Below are positions 46,115 to 53,624 of a stretch of 64,000 nucleotides of DNA, in pieces. The notes under the pieces are model-generated. The model made no database searches and had not been told where the DNA came from. It saw only the letters and a list, made by a program, of their open reading frames with translations. The DNA is from an uncultured Actinomycetes bacterium. GTDB lineage: Bacteria; Actinomycetota; Thermoleophilia; Gaiellales; JAICJC01. The stretch is from positions 9,843 through 73,842 of the forward strand of contig CAWJLQ010000006.1 of the NCBI GenBank assembly GCA_963843705.1, read 5' to 3'. Position 1 is the first letter of the stretch. Each line of letters starts with the position of its first letter. The position numbers were made by a program, and so were the translations under genes.

Positions 46115-47287
46115 CTAGGCCCGCGCGCCCGGCCCGTAGGCGAGGCGCAGCAGGCGGCCCTCGGCGAAGCGCCCGGGGCGCAGCTCGGAGACGTCGACGG
46201 GGGGTGTGCGGCCGGTGATCTCGGCCGCCACCACCTCGCCGACGGCGGGAGAGAGCTTGAAGCCGTGGCCGCTCCAGCCGACGGCCAGGTAGAGGCCCTC
46301 GATACCGGGGCACGGGCCGAGGATCGGATTCCAGTCGGGCGTGATGTCGTACGGCCCGGCGAACGCGCGCTCGACCCGGAACTCGGCCAGGCCCGGATAG
46401 CGCTCGGCGAGGCCGCGGCGCACGACCTCGTCGTAGCCCGGCGAGGCGGCGTGGTCGCAGTCGTCGGCGCGGGCGAGGGCGTCCTCGCCGGCATAGGCGA
46501 CGGCGCAGAAGCGGCGGCCGCGGTCGGGCCGCACGACGACGTTCGACACGGCGTCCGAGCAGACGGCCGACGGCAGCGTCTGGCCCGGCTCGCGGCAGGC
46601 CACGAGCACCTGCAGGCGGCGCAGCTCGATCGGCTGCTCCGCGCCGACGGGCCGCAGCAGGTCGTTCGCCCACGCGCCGGTGGCGAGGACGACGGTGCCC
46701 GCCGCGGTGAACCCGGCGTCGGTCTCGACGCCCGTCACCCGGCCGGCCTCGACGCGCAGGGCGCGCACGCCGCAGCCGAGCCGGTGGTGCAGGCCGCGCG
46801 AGCACGCGGCCGTGAACCATCCCAGGCACATCTTCTGGGCGTCGGCGAAGCCGCCGTCCGGCTCGTAGGCGGCGCCGGCGACGCCGTCGAGCGACAGCGC
46901 CGGCTCCACGTCGCCGATCTCGTCCGGTTGGAGGAACCGCGTCTCCAGGCCCAGCCGGCGGAGGCGATCGACGTTGTCGCGGCAGGCCGCCTCCAGCCGC
47001 TCGGGCACGGTCAGCAGGTAGCCGCAGCGCACGTAGCCGGAGTCGGCGACGCCGACCTCGTTCTCCCAGTCGGCGATGGTGCGTGTCCCGGCGATCGCGA
47101 GGCGGGCGGTGACCGCGTTCGAGTAGTGGCGGCGCACCATCGAGAAGGAGCGGCCGGAGTCGCCCGAGCCGGGCCAGGCGCTGTCGAACAGGGCGATGCC
47201 CCGGTGGCCGTCGCGCGTGAGCGCGTGGGCCGTCGCGAGGCCGTTGATCCCCGCGCCGACGATGACGATCTCGGCGGAGTCGATCAC
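46115..47287 (-). CDS. FAD-dependent oxidoreductase (DAO family; sarcosine/glycine/D-amino-acid oxidase-like)
   Basis: Dinucleotide fold EIVIVGAGINGLATAHAL and a DAO-type body. GTG 47287 is chosen. The 43-codon upstream extension would collide with the divergent BMC operon start. There is no clear SD sequence. Confidence 0.85.
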   Translation of the reverse strand: MIDSAEIVIVGAGINGLATAHALTRDGHRGIALFDSAWPGSGDSGRSFSMVRRHYSNAVTARLAIAGTRTIADWENEVGVADSGYVRCGYLLTVPERLEAACRDNVDRLRRLGLETRFLQPDEIGDVEPALSLDGVAGAAYEPDGGFADAQKMCLGWFTAACSRGLHHRLGCGVRALRVEAGRVTGVETDAGFTAAGTVVLATGAWANDLLRPVGAEQPIELRRLQVLVACREPGQTLPSAVCSDAVSNVVVRPDRGRRFCAVAYAGEDALARADDCDHAASPGYDEVVRRGLAERYPGLAEFRVERAFAGPYDITPDWNPILGPCPGIEGLYLAVGWSGHGFKLSPAVGEVVAAEITGRTPPVDVSELRPGRFAEGRLLRLAYGPGARA

Positions 47288-47308
47288 GGACGCAACGCTA
47301 CACGGAGA

Positions 47309-47338
47309 GGGCCTGGCCTCGCACGCGGGGCCAGGCCC
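47309..47338. other. GC-rich hairpin in the divergent control region
   Basis: GGGCCTGGCC (47309-47318) and GGCCAGGCCC (47329-47338) form a perfect 10-bp stem with a 10-nt loop. The arm sequence recurs in the 33-nt palindrome at 50947-50979. Confidence 0.7.
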
Positions 47339-47351
47339 CGCTGCTCGGGTC

Positions 47352-47395
47352 GGACCAATAGCTGGTATTTGCTTTTTGGTCTGGTATTCGGTACG
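47352..47395. promoter_or_regulatory. AT-rich candidate promoter/operator of the BMC operon
   Basis: CTGGTATT occurs twice (47362-47369 and 47381-47388), and ACCA-N5-TGGT lies at 47354-47366. This is the only AT-rich patch in the 127-bp divergent region and sits 20-60 nt upstream of ATG 47415. Confidence 0.4.
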
Positions 47396-47414
47396 TTCCG
47401 CGGCGATCGCGCGC

Positions 47415-48710
47415 ATGTACGACTACGGCTTCTTCTCCTACGAGTCCAAGGACGACTTCCTCGACCGGTCGCGGGAGTTCTGGAATCCCGACAAGACCGA
47501 CTTCTGGCAGGAGGCCGGCGTCGACCTCGTCATCGACCGGCGCGAGGGCTACTTCTTCTGGGACATGGCCGGCCGTCGGCTGGTCGACCTGCACCTGAAC
47601 GGCGGCACGTACAACCTCGGCCACCGCAATCCGGAGCTGATCGCCACGCTCGAGCAGGCGATGCAGCGCTTCGACATCGGCAACCACCACTTCCCGGCGC
47701 TCGCCCGCACCGCGCTGGCCGAGGCGCTGGTGAAGACCTGTCCGCCGAACATGCGCCGCGTCGTCTACGGCGCCGGCGGCGGCGAGGCGACCGACATCGC
47801 CATCAAGACCGCCCGCCACACCCGCAAGCGGCGCAAGATCGTCTCGATCCTGAAGGGCTACCACGGCCACACCGGCCTCGCCGTCGCGAGCGGCGACGAC
47901 CGCTTCTCGAAGCTCTTCCTGTCCGACCGCCCGGACGAGTTCGTGCAGGTGCCGTTCAACGACGTGGACGCGATGGAGGGCGCACTGCGCGAGGGCGACG
48001 TGGCCGCCGTCCTGCTCGAGACGATCCCCGCCACCTACGGCTTCCCGCTGCCGGAGCCCGGCTACCTGCAGGCGGTGAAGCGCCTGTGCGAGCGATTCGG
48101 CGCGCTCTACATCGCCGACGAGGTGCAGACCGGCCTCATGCGCACGGGGGAGATGTGGGGGATCGCGAAGGCGGGCATCGAGCCGGACATCATGGTGATC
48201 GGCAAGGGCATCACCGGCGGCATGTACCCGATCTCGTGCGTGGTCGTCTCCGAGGAGTGCTCGGCGTGGCTGAAGGAGGACGGCTTCGGCCACATCTCGA
48301 CGGGCGGCGGCGCCGAGCTCGGCTGCATCGTCGCGCTCAAGGTGCTCGAGATCTGCGGCCGGCCGGAGGTGCGCTCGATGGTGCACTACATCGCCGACCG
48401 GTTCGGCCGCGGGCTGCGCGCGATCCAGGAGCTCTACCCGGACTGGTTCGTCGGCATCCGCCAGGACGGCGTCGTCATGGGGCTCGAGTTCGACCACCCG
48501 CAGGGCGCAAAGATCGTCATGAAGCACCTGTACGAGAACGGCGTCTGGGCGATCTTCTCGACGCTCGACCCGCGCGTGCTCCAGTTCAAGCCCGGCATCC
48601 TGCTCGGCCCCGAGCTGGTCGACGAGGTGCTCGACCGCACCGAGGTCTCGATCGGCCAGGCGCTGCAGGAGCTGCGCGGCGGGCGCGCGGCGGTGGGGGC
48701 GGCGCGGTGA
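47415..48710 (+). CDS. Class-III PLP aminotransferase-fold enzyme (candidate amino-alcohol O-phosphate phospho-lyase of the BMC pathway)
   Basis: Aminotransferase class III pattern: LNGGTYNLGHRNPE, YGAGGGEATDIAIK, LYIADEVQTGLMRTG, and the PLP lysine in MVIGKGITGG. It is the first gene of the BMC operon. Confidence 0.88.
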   Translation: MYDYGFFSYESKDDFLDRSREFWNPDKTDFWQEAGVDLVIDRREGYFFWDMAGRRLVDLHLNGGTYNLGHRNPELIATLEQAMQRFDIGNHHFPALARTALAEALVKTCPPNMRRVVYGAGGGEATDIAIKTARHTRKRRKIVSILKGYHGHTGLAVASGDDRFSKLFLSDRPDEFVQVPFNDVDAMEGALREGDVAAVLLETIPATYGFPLPEPGYLQAVKRLCERFGALYIADEVQTGLMRTGEMWGIAKAGIEPDIMVIGKGITGGMYPISCVVVSEECSAWLKEDGFGHISTGGGAELGCIVALKVLEICGRPEVRSMVHYIADRFGRGLRAIQELYPDWFVGIRQDGVVMGLEFDHPQGAKIVMKHLYENGVWAIFSTLDPRVLQFKPGILLGPELVDEVLDRTEVSIGQALQELRGGRAAVGAAR

Positions 48711-50212
48711 GCGCGGTCGCCGCCGAGCCGGCCGGCGTCCCCCGCGCCCGCATGATGCTCCAGCGCGCCCACTGGGCGGCGACGGCCTTTGCCGCGTACG
48801 ACCGCGAGCGCACGCACCGGATCGTCGAGGCGGTGGCCGAGGAGGCGCACCGCAACGCCCTGCGCTACGCCGAATGGGCGGTCAAGGAGACGGGCATGGG
48901 CGTCGTCGAGCACAAGCGGCGCAAGAACGAGGCGTGCTCGAAGGGCCTGCTCGAATGGTACGGCGGCCGCGACTACGTGAGCGCCCGGATCGACCCCGAC
49001 GCGAAGATCGTCGAGCTGCCCCGGCCCGCCGGCGTCGTGCTGGCGCTGACGCCGTCGACGAACCCGATCGCCACCGTGTACTTCAAGGTGCTGCTGGCGC
49101 TCATGACCCGAAACGCCGTCGTCGTCAGCCCGCACCCGCTGGCCCGCGAGGTGTCGGCCGATGCCGCCCACCATCTCGCCCGGGCCGCGGTCGAGGCCGG
49201 CGCGCCCGACGGCTGCGTGCAGGTCGTCGAGGAGCCGACGATCCCGCTGATCGAGGCGCTCATGGGCGACCCGACCACCGACGTGATCCTGGCGACGGGC
49301 GGCGTCGCCGTCGTCCGCGCCGCGTACCGCTCCGGGAACCCGGCCATCGGCGTCGGCCCCGGCAACGTGCCGTGCCTGGTCGACCACACCGCCGACCTGG
49401 GCGCGGCCGCCGAGCGGCTGATGGACTCGAAGAGCTTCGACAACTCCATCCTGTGCACGAACGAGTCGTGCGCGATCGTCGAGGAGCGCTGCGCGGCCGC
49501 GTTCGAGCGCGAGCTCGGCCGCCACGGCGGCCATGTGCTCTCGGAGGACGAGGTGGCGATCGTGCGCGAGAAGCTCTTCCCGGAGGGCCGGATGCGGCTC
49601 GACATGATCGGCAAGGACGGCCCGGCGCTGGCCGCCGAGGCCGGGCTCCGCGTCCCGCCGAAGACGCGCGTGCTGGTCGCGCCGTTCGCGCTGGTCGTGC
49701 CGGAGGAGCCGCTGGCGCGCGAGAAGATGTTCCCGCTGCTCGGCCTCGTGCGGGTGCCGGACGCGCGCCGCGGCATCGACGCCGCCTGCGCCATGCTGCG
49801 CATCGGCGGCGCCGGCCACTCGGCCGTGATCCACTCGCGCGACCCGCGCACGATCATGGCCTATGGGGCCGCGGTCAAGGTGCTGCGGGTGGCGGTGAAC
49901 GTCGGCGGCAGCACCGGCTCGGCGGGGCTCGACACGAATCTCGCCCCGACGATGACCATCGGCACCGGCTTCTACGGCCGCTCGTCGCTGGGCGAGAACC
50001 TGGAGCCGCGCCACCTGATCAACCTGACCCGGGTCGCCTATACCTCCGACCCGTCCGAGCCGTTCGGCGACTTCACCGGCCTGGAGCCGTGGACGGCGTC
50101 GCCCGAGCCCGTGCCGGTCGCCGCACCGGCGCTGTCGGCCGAGGCGAGCGACGCCCGCGAGGAGATCCGCCGGATCGTCCTCGAGGAGCTCCGTGAGCTG
50201 GTGAGGAGGTAG
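48707..50212 (+). CDS. CoA-acylating aldehyde dehydrogenase (PduP/EutE-like) with C-terminal encapsulation-peptide-like helix
   Basis: Motifs LTPSTNPIATV, GVGPGNVP and the catalytic Cys in FDNSILCTNESC. A Pro-rich linker precedes the amphipathic tail REEIRRIVLEELRELVRR (about 50156-50209). GTGA overlap with the upstream stop. Confidence 0.9.
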   Translation: MSAVAAEPAGVPRARMMLQRAHWAATAFAAYDRERTHRIVEAVAEEAHRNALRYAEWAVKETGMGVVEHKRRKNEACSKGLLEWYGGRDYVSARIDPDAKIVELPRPAGVVLALTPSTNPIATVYFKVLLALMTRNAVVVSPHPLAREVSADAAHHLARAAVEAGAPDGCVQVVEEPTIPLIEALMGDPTTDVILATGGVAVVRAAYRSGNPAIGVGPGNVPCLVDHTADLGAAAERLMDSKSFDNSILCTNESCAIVEERCAAAFERELGRHGGHVLSEDEVAIVREKLFPEGRMRLDMIGKDGPALAAEAGLRVPPKTRVLVAPFALVVPEEPLAREKMFPLLGLVRVPDARRGIDAACAMLRIGGAGHSAVIHSRDPRTIMAYGAAVKVLRVAVNVGGSTGSAGLDTNLAPTMTIGTGFYGRSSLGENLEPRHLINLTRVAYTSDPSEPFGDFTGLEPWTASPEPVPVAAPALSAEASDAREEIRRIVLEELRELVRR

Positions 50213-50215
50213 GCC

Positions 50216-50821
50216 GTGGCCGAGCTGCGCTCCTTCATCTTCCTCGACCAGCTGCAGCCCCAGACCATGTGCTACCTGGGCACGTGGATCCGCGGCCGGC
50301 TTCCGCGCACGAACATGGCCGCGCAGATCATCGAGATCGCGCCCGGCCTCGACATCGAGCCGCTGACCGACGTCGCCCTCAAGTCGACCGAGGTGCAGGC
50401 CGGGATCCTGGTGGTCGAGCGCCAGTTCGGCTACCTCGAGATCCACTCCCGCTCGACGGCGGAGGTGCACGCCGCCTCGAGCGCCGTGCTCGAGGCGCTC
50501 GGCGCGACCGCCGCGGATGCGATGCAGCCGCAGATCCTGGCGTCCGAGATGATCACGAACCTCGACCACCAGCACGCGTTCCTGATCAACCGCAACAAGC
50601 TGGGCTCGATGGCGCTGCCCGGCGAGTCGCTGTTCGTGCTCGAGATGCAGCCCGCGTCGTACGCGATCCTGGCCACGAACGAGGCGGAGAAGGCGGCCCG
50701 GATCAAGGTGGTCGACTACCGCATGATCGGCGCCACCGGCCGCGTCTACCTGGCCGGCATGGAGGCCGACGTGCGCACGGCCGGCGACGCCGCCGTGGCG
50801 GCGCTCGGAGGTGCGGTGTGA
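50216..50821 (+). CDS. BMC-T shell protein (tandem BMC domains), copy 1
   Basis: Two PF00936-like halves: IIEIAPGLDIEPLTDVALKSTEVQAGILVVERQFGYLEIHS and LFVLEMQPASYAILATNEAEKAARIKVVDYRMIGATGRVYLAG. GTG follows GAGGAGG. Confidence 0.85.
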   Translation: MAELRSFIFLDQLQPQTMCYLGTWIRGRLPRTNMAAQIIEIAPGLDIEPLTDVALKSTEVQAGILVVERQFGYLEIHSRSTAEVHAASSAVLEALGATAADAMQPQILASEMITNLDHQHAFLINRNKLGSMALPGESLFVLEMQPASYAILATNEAEKAARIKVVDYRMIGATGRVYLAGMEADVRTAGDAAVAALGGAV

Positions 50822-51462
50822 GCACGCCCGACGACGCCGACCAGCTGCGCAGCGTCACCCGCGAGGTGCTGGCGGAGCTCCTGCCGGGCCTGCTCGAGGA
50901 GGCGCTCACCGCGCAGCCGGCGACCAACGGCAACGGCAACGGCGGTGGGGCCAGGCCCCAACCGTTGGGGCCTGGCCCCGCTTCTGCGCCGCCAGAGGCC
51001 GTCGCCCGCGTGCCGGCGCCGCCGGTGGCGGCAGTCCACCGCCCGCCCGGCTGGCGGCCTCCGCCCGAGTCCGACACGACGCCCGCGCCAATTGGCGCTG
51101 CCGGGGTGCGCCAATTGGCGGCCGCGGCCGACGTCGAGGTGGTCGACCTGCGCAGCGACGCCGACCTGGACGCGTTCGTGCGCACGCTCGTGCGCCGGTT
51201 CGAGAACCCGCGCGACCGCATGGCGATCCGCTCGGGCAAGGTGCGCTTCCGGCTCGGCGCAACGGCTTCAGGCTCCGCCGCCGCCCCTGCGCCGGCCGTC
51301 GTCATGCGGATCGAGAAGGGCGCGGTGACCGAGCGCACCGTGCGCGACGCGGCCGCGGCCGGCGCCCGGCTCGTGCTCGCGCCGAAGGCGGTGCTGACGC
51401 CGATGGCGCGCGACCGCGCCCGCAGCCTGGGAGTCGAGATCGAGAAGGAGCGGCCATGCTGA
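50818..51462 (+). CDS. BMC-locus protein of unknown function (N-terminal amphipathic helix, low-complexity linker, small C-terminal domain)
   Basis: It has a GTGA start overlap and an ATGCTGA end overlap with the flanking shell genes. The N-terminus is DQLRSVTREVLAELLPGLLEEAL, followed by an NGNGNG/Pro-rich linker. The C-terminal domain ends AVLTPMARDRARSLGVEIEKE. Confidence 0.75.
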   Translation: MSTPDDADQLRSVTREVLAELLPGLLEEALTAQPATNGNGNGGGARPQPLGPGPASAPPEAVARVPAPPVAAVHRPPGWRPPPESDTTPAPIGAAGVRQLAAAADVEVVDLRSDADLDAFVRTLVRRFENPRDRMAIRSGKVRFRLGATASGSAAAPAPAVVMRIEKGAVTERTVRDAAAAGARLVLAPKAVLTPMARDRARSLGVEIEKERPC

Positions 51463-51698
51463 GAGCGACCGTGACCGGCGCAGTCTGGGCGACCAAGCGG
51501 ATCGAGCACATCCCGAGCGGCGCCTTCCTCGAGGTCGAGGCGGAGGGCGGCGGCCGGCTGGTGGCCTTCGACGTGCTCGGAAGCGGCGTGGGCGAGCGCG
51601 TCCTGATCGCCACCGGCTCCGTCGCCTCGGGGTGGTTCGGCGACGAGCATCCGCCGATCGACGCACTCATCATCGGATCCATCGACGAACGCGAATAA
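51456..51698 (+). CDS. BMC-P pentameric vertex protein (EutN/CcmL family)
   Basis: 80 aa: MLRATVTGAVWATKRIEHIPSGAFLEVE...VAFDVLGSGVGERVLIATGSVAS...IDALIIGSID. Confidence 0.9.
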   Translation: MLRATVTGAVWATKRIEHIPSGAFLEVEAEGGGRLVAFDVLGSGVGERVLIATGSVASGWFGDEHPPIDALIIGSIDERE

Positions 51699-51707
51699 GG
51701 AGGAGTC

Positions 51708-51992
51708 ATGGCGCAGAACGCAATCGGGATGATCGAGACCAAGGGCTACGTGGCGGCGCTGGCGGCCGCGGACGCGATGGTCAAGGCGGCGAACGTCACC
51801 ATCCTCGCCCGCGAGGAGGTCGGCGACGGGCTGGTGTCGGTCGTCATCCAGGGCGACGTCGGCGCGGTCAAGGCCGCGACGGAGGCGGGCGCAGAGACGG
51901 CCTCGAGCGTCGGCGAGCTGGTCTCCGTGCACGTGATCCCGCGGCCGCACGCGGAGCTCGACAAGCACTTCGTCCACGCCGTCACGGCGTAG
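51708..51992 (+). CDS. BMC-H hexameric shell protein (PduA/EutM/CcmK-like)
   Basis: 94 aa: [61 protein letters not shown] is a canonical PF00936 domain. Confidence 0.95.
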   Translation: MAQNAIGMIETKGYVAALAAADAMVKAANVTILAREEVGDGLVSVVIQGDVGAVKAATEAGAETASSVGELVSVHVIPRPHAELDKHFVHAVTA

Positions 51993-51995
51993 CGC

Positions 51996-52643
51996 GTGGC
52001 CGGGCCCGACACCGCGGTGCAGCTGCGGGTCTACCTGCCGATCGCCAACCTGGGCCGGCAGTTCGCCGCCTACCTGGGCACGCCCACGCGCGCCCGCGGC
52101 TACCCGGCGGTTCAGGGCGACCATGCGCTGATCGTCGAGGTGGCGCCGGCGCTCGCGATCGAGCGCGTCACCGATCTCGCGCTGCGGTCGGTGCCCGAGA
52201 TCGAGCCCGGCATCCTCTACGTCGAGCGCCAGTTCGGCGTGCTCGAGGTGCACCACCGCGACCAGGCGCTGGTCGACCGGGCCGGCCAGGCCATCCTCGC
52301 CGGCATCGGGGCGACGCCCGCGGACGCCCTGCGTCCGCGTATCCTCTACGCCGACGTGATCGAGGACATCACCGACCAGCACGCGGTGATCATCAACCGC
52401 AACCGCGAGGCGTCGATGGTGCTGCCGGGCGAGACGCTGCTCGTCTACGAGGTGGTGCCGGCGCTGCACGCCGCCGTCGCGGCGAACGCGGCCGAGCGGG
52501 CGGCGCCCGAGGCGACCCTGGTCACGGTGTCGATGATCGGCGCGGCCGGGCGCATCTACCTCGCCGGCGCGACCGAGAGCGTCGTGCGGGCACGGGACGA
52601 GATCACGCGGGTGCTCGAGGCGGTGGAGGGCCGTGAGCACTGA
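51996..52643 (+). CDS. BMC-T shell protein (tandem BMC domains), copy 2
   Basis: Paralogous to copy 1: LIVEVAPALAIERVTDLALRSVPEIEPGILYVERQFGVLEVHH and LLVYEVVPALHAAVAANAAERAAPEATLVTVSMIGAAGRIYLAG. Confidence 0.85.
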   Translation: MAGPDTAVQLRVYLPIANLGRQFAAYLGTPTRARGYPAVQGDHALIVEVAPALAIERVTDLALRSVPEIEPGILYVERQFGVLEVHHRDQALVDRAGQAILAGIGATPADALRPRILYADVIEDITDQHAVIINRNREASMVLPGETLLVYEVVPALHAAVAANAAERAAPEATLVTVSMIGAAGRIYLAGATESVVRARDEITRVLEAVEGREH

Positions 52644-53619
52644 TCAGGCGGCGATCGACCGCCTGGCCGCCGCCGCCATCGGAAGCTACGACCTCGACCC
52701 GTCGTCCTCCGTGGGCTTGATCAACGTCTCCGAGAACTGGACCTACCGGGTGCAGGAGCCCGACGGGCGTGCCTTCGCCCTGCGCGTGCACCGGCCGACG
52801 TACCACACCGCGGAGGAGATCGCCTCGGAGCTCGACTGGATCGACGCGCTGCGCGACGACCGCGTCGTCGAGACCGCCCACGCCGTCGCCGGGCGCGCCG
52901 GCGGCCGCGTCTGCCAGGTGCGCACCGACGACCTGGGCGAGCGCAACGTCGTCCTCTTCGAGTGGCTCGACGGCGAGATGCCCGACGCCGACGCCCACGA
53001 CCTGCTGCCCGGGTTCCGCACGCTGGGCGCGGTCTCGGCGCGGATGCACGGCCATGCCCGCGCCTGGACACCGCCGGCGGGGTTCGCGCGGTTCCGGTGG
53101 GACTACGACACCACCCTGGGCGCACACGGCCACTGGGGCCGCTGGCAGGACGGGCTCGGCATGGGCCCGTCCCAGCTCGACCTGCTCGGACGGCTCGACG
53201 CGACGTTGCGGCAGCGGCTCGAGGCGTATGGCCAGGGACACGAGCGCTTCGGCCTCATCCACGCCGACATCCGGCTCGCGAACCTGCTCGTCGCCGGCGA
53301 GCACGTGCGCGTGATCGACTTCGACGACTGCGGCTGGTCGTGGTTCATGTACGACTTCGCGACCACCGTGTCGTTCATCGAGGACCACCCGGACGTCCCC
53401 CGGCTGAAGCAGGCCTGGATCGAGGGCTACCGCTCGGTCGCCGGCCTTGACCCGGCCGACGAGGCCGAGCTGGACACGTTCGTGATGCTGCGGCGGCTGC
53501 TGCTCGTGGCCTGGATCGGCTCGCACCACCTGTTCGCGACCGAGGCGGCCGAGCTCGGCGCCGGCTTCACCGAGGGCACGTGCGCGCTGGCCGAGACGTA
53601 CCTGGCCACGCACGCCTGA
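52633..53619 (+). CDS. APH-fold (aminoglycoside phosphotransferase family) kinase, candidate amino-alcohol kinase
   Basis: Catalytic loop LIHADIRLANLLV and metal-binding VIDFDDCG. GTG overlaps the BMC-T2 end by 11 nt. Confidence 0.88.
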   Translation: MSTDQAAIDRLAAAAIGSYDLDPSSSVGLINVSENWTYRVQEPDGRAFALRVHRPTYHTAEEIASELDWIDALRDDRVVETAHAVAGRAGGRVCQVRTDDLGERNVVLFEWLDGEMPDADAHDLLPGFRTLGAVSARMHGHARAWTPPAGFARFRWDYDTTLGAHGHWGRWQDGLGMGPSQLDLLGRLDATLRQRLEAYGQGHERFGLIHADIRLANLLVAGEHVRVIDFDDCGWSWFMYDFATTVSFIEDHPDVPRLKQAWIEGYRSVAGLDPADEAELDTFVMLRRLLLVAWIGSHHLFATEAAELGAGFTEGTCALAETYLATHA

Positions 53620-53624
53620 ACGGG

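Noticed and set aside
46265-50212. A 1315-aa ORF spanning the FAD oxidase (antisense), the aminotransferase (out of frame) and the ALDH.
   Set aside because: Only the last 501 codons, from GTG 48707, look like a protein (aldehyde dehydrogenase). Everything upstream is Arg/Gly/Asp-rich junk overlapping two well-supported genes.
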